Source of the DNA: Albugo candida
Lineage: Eukaryota
Reading direction: 5' to 3'
DNA: 54,264 bases
Assembly (NCBI GenBank): GCA_040437565.1
Contig: JBDOQK010000025.1
Location: 372,001-426,264, forward strand
Part shown: positions 11,078 through 21,839 of the stretch, piece by piece
Position numbering within the stretch: the first letter of the stretch is position 1
Layout: each line of letters starts with the position of its first letter
Program-made: the position numbers and the translations under genes
The notes under the pieces: model-generated
The model's database searches: none
Told to the model about the DNA's origin: nothing
What the model saw: the letters and a program-made list of their open reading frames with translations, nothing else

Positions 11078-12540
11078 TCACTCTTCGGATTCAAACACGG
11101 CTGCAGCGCCCATTCCTGTGCCGACACACATTGATACCACTCCATAGCGTCCTTTCGTCCGTTTGAGTTCGTGCAAGAGCGTCGCCACCTGACGTACTCC
11201 AGTGCACCCAAGAGGATGACCCAAGGCGATCGCACCGCCTAGATCAATAAGAGAATAGTGTCACGCTTAAGGATTGCCACACTATTCATACCGTTCGGAT
11301 TCACTTTGTCAGCTGGAATGCCGAGCTTTTCGATGCAATAAACTGCTTGGCTGGCGAATGCTTCATTGATTTCGAAGATATCAATATCTTGGATGGTAAT
11401 ATCAGCATCAAGAAGAGCCTTGGGAATCGCTACGGAAGGACCAATTCCCATAATGGATGGCGGAACACCGACAACCGAATACGAGACAAATCGACCAAGA
11501 ATAGGCAAGCCAAACCTATTCGCCGCTTTGCGGCCCATCAAAATTGCTGCAGCCGCTCCATCCGTAAGCTGACTAGAGTTTCCTGCGGTCGTAGAGCCAT
11601 TAGTTTTAAACACTGGCTTTAGTTTTCCGAGTCGTTCCACCGTCGTATCCGAGCGAATTCCGTCATCCTGAGTGATCAGCGATGTTTCCATATTCTCACC
11701 CTTCTTCACTGTCACGTTGACGGGTGCTATTTCGGCGGTGAATGTCCCATTTCTTTGTGCTCGACTTGCTTTTTCATGTGAAGAAGCAGCAAACGCATCC
11801 TTTCATACCAAACTCAATGGACTCGATGGAAGAGAGTTGAACAACCAACCTGTTTCTCACGGGAAATTCCATATTTGGATGCGACTTCCTCACTCGTGAT
11901 GCCCATCGGAATCATGCAATCCATCGCATCCTTGTTCCGAGCCTAGTTCAATCACATTAAATAGGATCGCGATTTGTAATGTGGTCAACCTTATGTTGAT
12001 CAATGCAAGGAAGATTCTGACTCATTCCGTCGAATGTCATGGACTCCACGCCACACGCTATACCAATGTCATAAAAACCAGCCTGGATCGATGACGCAAC
12101 ACTCGCGATGGCTTGCAGTCCTGATGCACATTGCCGATTCACAGCGTGTAGAGGAACAGTGTATGGGATATCAGCTGACAACTGAGCGATGCGCGCCATC
12201 GCTGCCCCTGCGCCAGGCTGTAGAACATTTCCGACACATATGTCACCAATTGATGCTGGATCAATTTGAACTTGATGTAGCACAGCTCGTAACACCTAGA
12301 TTCAATCGGTTTTTATTTGTATGAGTTACACTATTAAAGGAAGTATACCTGTTCGAGCATTATGTCTGGTGTCGTATCCTTGAAAGCGCCACGTTTTGCT
12401 TTCGTGAGTGGTGTGCGTAGCGCCGACACTATCACTACGTCATGATCAGACTTTATACTATCGGGTAACAAACATTGACTCGGATTTGTACAAAGCGCTT
12501 TCGCAGTCAAATGAGAACGAAGATGATGAATGCGTTCCAT
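11078..12540 (-). CDS. ACAA1: Peroxisomal 3-ketoacyl-CoA thiolase (multi-exon)
   Basis: Exons give [10 protein letters not shown] (active Cys), [35 protein letters not shown] and [19 protein letters not shown]-terminal RIHHLRSHL fits the PTS2 consensus R[LIV]x5HL. Confidence 0.93.
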
Positions 12541-12572
12541 TTTTGAAATAACACTATCAGAAATACTCAGAA

Positions 12573-14183
12573 TCAGATTCTGTATCTCATCATATCTTCA
12601 ATAGCTTCCACAGTTCGTGGCACTTTGGTCATATTCTCAGCGCCAGAGGAAGTCACAATGATGTCCGATTCGATACGAACGCCTCCTGTGCCACGGAATC
12701 GAGTCAGCATTTCTTGATTGATAAAATTGGCAATGTTAGGATCCTCAAGAGCAGCAGAAAGCTGTGCATCAATGAAATAGCATCCAGGCTCGACGGTCAG
12801 GACCATACCTACCTCCAAAACTCGACCCAAACGGAGCTTTGACAGAATCTTCTTGTCACTTCGATCTGATCCCGGTAGATACCCGCCCACGTCATGAACA
12901 TCGAGGCCCATCAAGTGCCCCAGCCCATGCGGGTAAAAATAAGCAGATATCTGATGATGCATAAGCTCATCAACCGTACCATTCCTAAAAAAACCATGCT
13001 CCAGAAACACTTGTGTGAGAACTCGATGGGAAAGAAGGTGAAGGCCGATATAACTTGTGCCTGGCTTGATAGCTTCGATCACTGTATCATGTGCCTTGAG
13101 TACAGCTTCGTAGATGAATTTCTGATCAGGAGTGAATGTACCGTTAATAGGAAATGTGCAGGTGATATCTGATACATATCCGTGCAGTTCAGCTCCCATA
13201 TCGTTTAATAGTAATTGTCCGCTGTCCAGCATTTTATCATTTGGAGCACCAGCGTGACCGTAATGAAGAGTGGCAGCATTGGAACCACCACCGCAGATGC
13301 AAGTATACGCGTGAAATCGAGCACCACCTTTGGTATAACAATAATGTAAAAATGACGATTCTGCATGGAATTCCATCATTCCGGGTCGGATTGTCTTCAT
13401 CACGTTGATGTGGGCTTCTGAGCTTAGCTCATTGACATATCGCAACAAATCCAATTCCTTCTCACTCTTTCGTACTCGACATTCGACCAATATTGGGTGG
13501 AGTGAGTCTGAATCAATTTCAAATGCTTCCATTCCATTGAATTGCGACGTTGTTGTTGTTCTCAACCTGCTGTCGAGATTCAATCCATTGAGAAAAAATA
13601 GTTTGCGGACGGAATATTCCTTCTCCAAAACCGTTTTGACTTCATCGACATAAAATACCTTATCGACCAAATAGTGGGAGACAAAGTACGACGTTGGTTT
13701 ACGTTCACCACACCAAAGTTCCCACTCTTCACTCTGCCGCGGAATGAATAGAACCGATTGGCCTGTGGCCACATCCACCATTCCAGCACAACCAGGCTCA
13801 CGGACGCCAAACAAATACTGGAAGAAGCTTTCCTGCTGGAAATTGTAGCATGTGTCGGTGTCATACCGACTAATTTCATCGCCGCCGTGCAGTAGAATCG
13901 CACTTTGTTCATATTGAGATTGCAGGAGGGAAGAGCGTAAGCGGCTTAATGCTTTTTGACGGTTTTCGGAGTGCATGGAGTAGTCGATAGAGTACAATTC
14001 ACAGTGCGTTGTGTCAGTCTCATTGCATAGACGTTGACCAATTGTGCTTTCGCTTTGACTGCTGGAAATGATGGTATTAAGAAGAAGTTTCTTTTCTCGT
14101 TGTTTCTGCCAGATGCTCACAGTAGCGATAGCAGCAGCGCATGTTGCAGCGGAGAAAAGTGCTTTTAGATTCGCATCGCTCAT
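12573..14183 (-). CDS. PEPD: Xaa-Pro dipeptidase (prolidase, peptidase M24B)
   Basis: FQQESFFQYLFGVREPG, LHYGHAGAPND, DMGAELHGYVSDIT, PHGLGHLMGLDVHDVGG, TVEPGCYF and GGVRIESD metal-ligand motifs. Confidence 0.95.
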   Translation of the reverse strand: MSDANLKALFSAATCAAAIATVSIWQKQREKKLLLNTIISSSQSESTIGQRLCNETDTTHCELYSIDYSMHSENRQKALSRLRSSLLQSQYEQSAILLHGGDEISRYDTDTCYNFQQESFFQYLFGVREPGCAGMVDVATGQSVLFIPRQSEEWELWCGERKPTSYFVSHYLVDKVFYVDEVKTVLEKEYSVRKLFFLNGLNLDSRLRTTTTSQFNGMEAFEIDSDSLHPILVECRVRKSEKELDLLRYVNELSSEAHINVMKTIRPGMMEFHAESSFLHYCYTKGGARFHAYTCICGGGSNAATLHYGHAGAPNDKMLDSGQLLLNDMGAELHGYVSDITCTFPINGTFTPDQKFIYEAVLKAHDTVIEAIKPGTSYIGLHLLSHRVLTQVFLEHGFFRNGTVDELMHHQISAYFYPHGLGHLMGLDVHDVGGYLPGSDRSDKKILSKLRLGRVLEVGMVLTVEPGCYFIDAQLSAALEDPNIANFINQEMLTRFRGTGGVRIESDIIVTSSGAENMTKVPRTVEAIEDMMRYRI

Positions 14184-15399
14184 CTCTAAAGCCGCTTGAT
14201 TACTGATGTACCCTCAAAAACCGGTAAGTTTCTCTTTGCCGGGTAGCAATAGTTCTCTTGACAGCAATTTGATAGCTCTTCTTGGGATACGCTACTGAAC
14301 CTTCCCTTTCGAAGTGTGACTCTCCCCATTACTTCATAGCACTTTGGATACTTTCGATCATTCGGACCTTTCCCTCTTTTGATCACGATCTCCCTATTTT
14401 TTACAAACTAAAATTGAGTTCAAATAATTGTTATCGAGAACGCTTATAAGCGACTTTCATGGTCAAAGTCAGCTGTGGTAGAAATCTGAAAGGCTAGAGC
14501 CGACGAATCTACAAAGTCTAGAATGAGTGGAAGACCAGAAACTATTCTTCTGATTGCCACGACTCCTCCATCCTGGTGGCGTTTTCATTTCTTCCTTTGA
14601 TTGTAAGAGACTCTCAGTCTATGCTGGAAACTATCGAGCAGCTATTTAAAAGCTACAAAGACGTAATGTCTAAGGTCACAACAATTTCCTAGAATCCGAG
14701 TGACTATCCCGGAGAAGCTCTTGTTTTTTACTCTAATCGGCTGGCAGGTACAATTTATCGGAATATTGACCTCGTGCTCTATCATCTCTACTGGAACGAT
14801 AAATGGATATTCTGCCGTGTGCCCGTGTGTTGTGTCTTCGTCGTGATTTGTCTCGAACAAATCCTCCGTCAAGCAACCCAGACGACAACTTCGTCGATAG
14901 CTTGGTTGACTCTTGTTTTCTTGATGAAAAGTACGTACATTGTTTGTTGAGTTCTCTCCTTACGTAAAATCTAGAAAGATACCTTGGAACGATATCTAGA
15001 AAGATATCAGCCCAGTTCCGAACCCGACACGTTGGAGACGTAACCGGTTCCTAACTAGATCCGTAAACGGTACTACTTAACTCAGTTGAAGGTGTCTATA
15101 TTAGTATAATTAGACTAACTGACCTTTCTAGTTGCCTAGGCTATCTTAAATGACATATATACACATATAAAAAACGTTTCGTGAAATACCTGTGAGAGAT
15201 GATAATATGTCGTCTCGCTGATAATCCCGTATCGCAGTAGCCTCAGCACCCTTAATACGAGACTGTGTCCAGCTTGTAAATGCTGTTAAGTGGTAAACTT
15301 GTAAAATTGTAAAGTTGTAAAATGGCCCAAAAGTACCGTGTTATGCCATTTGGTGCGCGCCACGCCACTGTGAGAAAAACCAGCCAACTACTAGGATCC

Positions 15400-16390
15400 G
15401 AGTTGCACTTGCCTTCCCTCTCGCCTGTGCCGGACCCGTAGCAATGATCTTCGACTTCTGAAACATCCACCAAATGATCATTGAGTTGCGAGTTGATCCA
15501 GCACCTATGCAAGCCGAATCCGTTCCTCTTGGTCGTAACACTGTCTTCGAAAGTACCGAACGTGCGCACTAAACGTGGTCTAAATGACGGAAAGTGCTGG
15601 AATTGTCGGAGTTGCTGATCGCTGATCGAACAAACGACGATTACGATCGGTCCAGACGAAGCGCAGTGTCACCGCTTGCAATGCAAGCCATAAATCTGAG
15701 ATAATATCCAAATATTCTTGCCAATCCGACCGTAATGTTGGTACGATTGCACATGCAATATGCGTCCAATGTGGTCGGGAAGAGAAAAACTGATCCCAAC
15801 TAGGGAGTAACTTCCTCCATAACTGTGCCGTGTGATCGCATTCTGAAAAGAGATGTTGATCGGATTCCACTGCCCCACACGAAGTCTGCGTGCACAATAT
15901 AATGTCGGGCTGAATATCCTTCAAGAACCAAAAACGAGATCGAACTGGCAACATTCGAANNNNNNNNNNNNNNNNNNNNNNNNNNNNNNNNNNNNNNNNN
16001 NNNNNNNNNNNNNNNNNNNNNNNNNNNNNNNNNNNNNNNNNNNNNNNNNNNNNNNNNNNTCGAACTGGCAACATTCGAAAGGCTAGACGAAACTGTAAAT
16101 CTTCGAAAATTGGTAATACACGTTGCCGAAGTTGCCGTGATGTAGCCATAAAAGTTCGAACTCGTTCTGGATTCAGTGCGTCCGATCTCTCCCGTGATGA
16201 CCAATGTGTCGACATCGGATGACTCTTGGTTGGTTCGGGAGGTTTCCAAACGAGTCGTGAGAGCTGTGAGCGTGGAATAGATGGAAAATAATGTTTCCTG
16301 TCCTTTCTTTTCACTCCCACATAAAATGATCTGCCACTTGTGGTTGGTGTAATGCAAGTGATGAGACCAAACGTCGAGTGCATACGCTGG
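15400..16390 (-). mobile_element. Decayed non-LTR (LINE/L1-like) retrotransposon, 3' part of ORF2 with zf-RVT zinc knuckle
   Basis: DLQFRLAFRMLPVRSRF...CTQTSCGAVESDQHLFSECDHTAQLW resembles the RT-associated zinc-binding region. The frame continues past several stops (HVRYFRRQCYD...). Boundaries are approximate and the region includes an N gap. Confidence 0.75.
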
Positions 16391-17333
16391 AGAATCTGAG
16401 TGACTTCATTTTAAAGTCAACTCAGCAACTTTTCTTCAGACATATGCGATGCGCTTAGTTCTTCGTCGTTGTAATAGTTGGCGACGAAATCTTCATTCGG
16501 TGGCCATGTGTCGCTTTCATTACCTATTGCCGGCTAAAATTTAGCACAATTGCGAGTGTACGATAATGATACCGCTTTGAGGTAATAGAAAGTGACATTT
16601 TTTATGTTTTACTGCGAGATCGCTTTTGGACCAGTGTCGGTGTAGAATCAAAATCTATCGATTTCGGTAGAACGACATGAGTCATGCGGTTATCTGACAA
16701 ATTTATAAATTTCTTAATAGCGCATGTGAAACACCATGAAGTTTGCTGAAAATGAAAAGTAACGGAGCAAGCACGAATCAAAGTACACTCGGCTGCCTAC
16801 CCATTTTTAGTCTTTTCCTTGAAGCCGACACATTGCGTCATTAGCTATACCTGTATTAGTACTTTTCTATGGTGGCATACATCAGTCCTATAAGCTGATG
16901 ATTCTTGCTGTGCCTGCTATCAAAAACAGCTTATCACATAATCTGTTTTAAAAGCTGTCGACCACCGTCAAAGAAACTTGATACTATTCAGTAGGAGTCC
17001 GTCGGCGCCCGCCACTTACTGTTTGGCGATATGACAGAGGATCATCTCTTACTAGACACATTCAGAACATTGTGAGGGCACAATGCTTTTTTATCATGGA
17101 ATACCGAACCGGAATCGTACAGCTCGTCCGCAATCTGCTAAAATGGTATTCGTGGGATCGAATATCACCAATGAATGATCTCCATCATTTCATTTAGCAG
17201 TATCTACCCATCTGATCTGGCCGAAGTTGAAAAGCGTACTTCCGCGAACCTAGTGTACAACTCGATTCATATTCATCCTCGCGCCGTTCGTTCTTGGGGT
17301 TTGCTAAGCTACTCGTACATACAGCAGTACAAA

Positions 17334-19903
17334 ATGCGGACCAATCGATCACTATGTAAGGCCGTGATATATGGGTACTGGCTTTTTTTAAATTATGGCT
17401 GCTCTGCCGTACAGGAAGGTATCATGTCGATCAGCTTCAGCAATGAAAAAAGCCTGAAGAAATGTCTACATTGTGTTATGCATGATTTGGGGGGAGCTCG
17501 CCTGACACCAATTGATTTCAAGTTTAATCCAAATGATGAATATACATTGGAGGAACCCTGCGAATTGGAAAAAAACCGCATCGTTTTCAGAACGATTGGC
17601 CCTCAAGCCTTTTTTGCAAATGTGGTCCCCTTTTGCCAAAGAAAAAGTAAATGCCTTACTATCAGCCTGCAGAATATTGTGGATAACGTCCCATCTGGAA
17701 CAGATGAAATGACACTAGCTAAACAGCCTGAATGGATGGTGTGCTTTATCGGTAATGTACAATCCGTCAATTGGCTGTGCACAAGTTGTATTCAAGAAGC
17801 CAGTGACACGGAGTATTTTGGAAGACTAAACTTAATCTCCTCCAAAGCAGAATCCGAAAAAAACGATCGTGAGCTACTTTTTACATTTAGCAAAAGCTCT
17901 TTTGGAAGTATACTTCATTCGTGTAAGAACTCCTGTAAAGGAGAATATGCAGAGCTGAAAAGCAAGCATTGTCGGTATCTTGTCGATCAGCTAACGCAAA
18001 ATNNNNNNNNNNNNNNNNNNNNNNNNNNNNNNNNNNNNNNNNNNNNNNNNNNNNNNNNNNNNNNNNNNNNNNNNNNNNNNNNNNNNNNNNNNNNNNNNNN
18101 NNAACTTAATCTCCTCCAAAGCAGAATCCGAAAAAAACGATCGTGAGCTACTTTTTACATTTAGCAAAAGCTCTTTTGGAAGTATACTTCATTCGTGTAA
18201 GAACTCCTGTAAAGGAGAATATGCAGAGCTGAAAAGCAAGCATTGTCGGTATCTTGTCGATCAGCTAACGCAAAATAAGCCGAAATTGCCAGAAGATAAT
18301 GAGGGAGTGAACTATCCGAGGAATTTTAGGGGGGTGAAAGTTACAATCACAAAAGAGCTACTGGAGAAGCCACATTGCTTGATGGTAAAGGATAAAAAAT
18401 CCGGGTCTAATATGTGTCAACGCTCTCTGGCAAAGCATTTCGGTGGCTTCATTGCAGGAATCCTTGTACCTCCAACCGATCCAAACGAAAAAAACGTATA
18501 TCACATCATACACTATTTTGGACAGGTCAGGGACCTGGATAAATTGCCTAAATTGATAGAAAGATATTGCAACAAAGTGAGCGAGGCAAAAAAGGACGAT
18601 CCAGGTTGTAAAATGCACTTTGACGACATCTTTGTCGCATCCACCGCGATGTATCAAGTATCCGCACCTTTACCGACCGATACCGCAACAATAGGACTTC
18701 AAGGTAGAACCAACGCTGCAATTGCCGGCGATTGTATTTGGTCGCTCTCAGATACCTATACGACATCACTTTGTGTGGAATGTCTGCTTGAAAAAACAAG
18801 GCTCATGACATATGCAGAGGTAATGAAGCTATCAGACCAAACGCACTTGATCAAACCCCCAAAAAAAANNNNNNNNNNNNNNNNNNNNNNNNNNNNNNNN
18901 NNNNNNNNNNNNNNNNNNNNNNNNNNNNNNNNNNNNNNNNNNNNNNNNNNNNNNNNNNNNNNNNNNNNACCTGGATAAATTGCCTAAATTGATAGAAAGA
19001 TATTGCAACAAAGTGAGCGAGGCAAAAAAGGACGATCCAGGTTGTAAAATGCACTTTGACGACATCTTTGTCGCATCCACCGCGATGTATCAAGTATCCG
19101 CACCTTTACCGACCGATACCGCAACAATAGGACTTCAAGGTAGAACCAACGCTGCAATTGCCGGCGATTGTATTTGGTCGCTCTCAGATACCTATACGAC
19201 ATCACTTTGTGTGGAATGTCTGCTTGAAAAAACAAGGCTCATGACATATGCAGAGGTAATGAAGCTATCAGACCAAACGCACTTGATCAAACCCCCAAAA
19301 AAAACGTCACGCATGGCTGTTGCCTCGTGCGTGGGCGACGAACTTTGCAGCCAAGTCAAATTTGTATCAGCCGCCTTCTGTCAATACGAGATGAATCTAC
19401 GCAAAAGTATCTCTCCCATACCTGGTGCTTATATGGGTCATCAGAATGAAGTGATGCTGGATGCAGTTATATCAGAAAGGATACATTCGCCCAATCTTAT
19501 GGAACTTGACAATGACATGAATGTCGATGCAAAGCTTGAAGAAGCTATTGTCGTAGGATGGAGCTCTTCTGATACAGCAAAATGTTTGGAGTGCCTGGCG
19601 ATTTTGAAGGAAGTAATTCTGGTGTCGATCGAAAGATCGTATGCATGGGTGCTAGATGATACCTCCAACTTTTTCACAAGGTCTTGGAGGTGCCAAAACT
19701 GTCAGCTCACCCAAAAGATAAAACCGTTGTATATTGATGTGCATGCGCTGCATTCCTTTTCATCGATCGAATTGACGAAATTATATTCAGGCGGTATGTC
19801 GGGCGACACATCCACAATTCTGCCAACACTGAACCCAGAAAAAAAAGAGGAAGTTGGAACCTCACATGGGAAATCCAGGAATCGAAAACGCCGAAGTCAA
19901 TAG
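17334..19903 (+). CDS. CCG (CHxC-class) secreted effector, 619 aa after removing two assembly overlaps
   Basis: Signal-peptide-like N-terminus (..VIYGYWLFLNYGCSA); CLHCVMHDLG = CxxCxxxxxG at 17463-17492 (Cys44). Removing gap plus duplicate (274 nt and 436 nt) leaves 1860 nt in one frame; ends KSRNRKRRSQ. Confidence 0.85.
17829..19304. other. Assembly overlaps flanking 100-N gaps (17829-18002 repeated at 18103-18276; 18533-18868 repeated at 18969-19304)
   Basis: Exact duplicates on each side of fixed-length gaps. The same pattern occurs at the gaps near 15960, 38663, 43006, 43782, 47115 and 52147. Confidence 0.9.
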
Positions 19904-21839
19904 GTGGCTTTACCGTAATAGCTGGGACGTGGCCATCTCTACTTTCTTAGAATTAGGGTATCATCATACAATTACTTTTGTTCCCTCGACTTCCTAAGCA
20001 TGCAATTACGTAATATCAGAACTCTTCCAATTTTGCAACATACAAATTTGGAATACGTTTTCGAACATTTGGTTCAGCTGCTACTTTAACTGCAGCGATA
20101 TGACGAGCTCCTTTGAGCACATGAGCATCAACATGAGATGATCAAGATGATATCTATATAGAAGGAAAACCAACTGACTTGAAATCTCGATATCCGATAG
20201 TTGGTATACTCCGAAGTAGTATGCATGCGTACGTGGGCTTAAATGTGCTAATGGGCAAATACGTACCAAGACTGGGAAACAGGGTGAGCTAGTAGCCAGT
20301 CCATACACAAGTTTGAGTCAACAATGGCCGTAAATGTGCTGACTTCCACCTGCTGCTTAGACTACTGTTTCATGCTCTCATGGTCAATCCTCTATTCAAT
20401 CTACTTTTGGTCGGATACGTCATTGAATTACGACTTTCATTTGATTATCGTTCAAGGTGCACGGGTACACCATCACGACTATCAACTGAAAGAATTTCGG
20501 TCCCCAAATTCATATTCGATTTCTGGACACGACTTTCCATCTTTCAGTATCTGAACAGAGTAATGACATGTATTTATGACTTCGTTCGCCACTGATTTCT
20601 AATCTCGCCTCAAATCTGATTCATGTTATACAATCGTAGTTCACTGTTTGATAGTCAAGCAGCTGCTTATTCCTGACAGCAGCTTGCAGATAGATTAATC
20701 TTTGCGTATGGGAGCGCCGTATCGCAAGGATACGTTTAGCACACTTACGGACAACTTGAAGAAGGCCTAAAGCCAATCTCTTATGGTCAAAACATGAAGA
20801 GAATTGTGTCACGACACATTACACAAAATTCCTTGCTGCTTGCTCAACGATATACCTTCCTATGCAGAAGACGAATCACAGGGCGAGCAATCTCGAGCAT
20901 ATCTTCAGGGCAGACTACTTGGTACTGATATTTTGTGATATAGAAATGAAGTGAACATGACACTTAATCAGATAACAATCCTTTCGGCCGCAGTAATCAT
21001 CAAAGAAGGAGACAATGTATTTTTGCTACTTTAGACACTGAAAGTCGTCTACAACAGGCATCAGGTTTTCATGCATAAGTGTCACCACTTGGGTTTGCTG
21101 CATCGACTCACATCGTGTCCTTCTTCGTCTCCACCAGCGTTTTGTCGGATTCACTGAACTTTGTTTGCTTATTAATTGTGAAATTCATTCAGGTTTTCAG
21201 TATTTGAGTCTCACCGCTGTCTATCTACACTCATCAAAATAATGCGACGTATAATTACTGCAGCGCTACCACTCTCCTCCACGCGGACAGCGGAGTGACA
21301 TGAGGCAACATGCATCTTAACAGAGCTCAATCAGACGTACAATAAGCTTCTTGCGGGGATCGTGTGCCCAGCAGGTCTAAAGCTATTGTTGCCATACTGA
21401 AGAGGTAAACTCCTCACAAATTACAAATTATGTAGCGGTACTGATATTCTTCAGTCAGACGCGAGGTTCTGAGGCTGTCGAAGATTCCGGTTTGTAATAC
21501 CATTGTCGAGCGTAAAGCTTGGAGTAATCCGTCTCAGCGCATTGAGTGCGGCGTTGATCTATCAAGAGAGAGACTATATTTAATGATAAAAGTTGATGCT
21601 TCTCCTGTCCGTAGATAAGTGTGTTGAGCATAGTGGAAACCGCAAAGATCATTTATCTCTGTTTCTTATTATGCATTTATTTAAGCTGATAAAATTACTC
21701 GGTCTCGTCACGGTACTTCTAGATTGTTCTGCTGATACCATTGTCTTCGTTTTAGCCACAATTCCTCATCAATCTCATCTTGCTCGCTCTCCCCTCGGGT
21801 GTCTGATCGCTTTCAAGAGTCACCGATTTCATCTTGATC

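Noticed and set aside
14400-15240. Possible LTR or other transposon relic (short ATCTAGAAAGATA direct repeat near 14969 and 14993)
   Set aside because: No second LTR, primer-binding site, target-site duplication or recognisable TE protein; cannot be supported without a repeat library.
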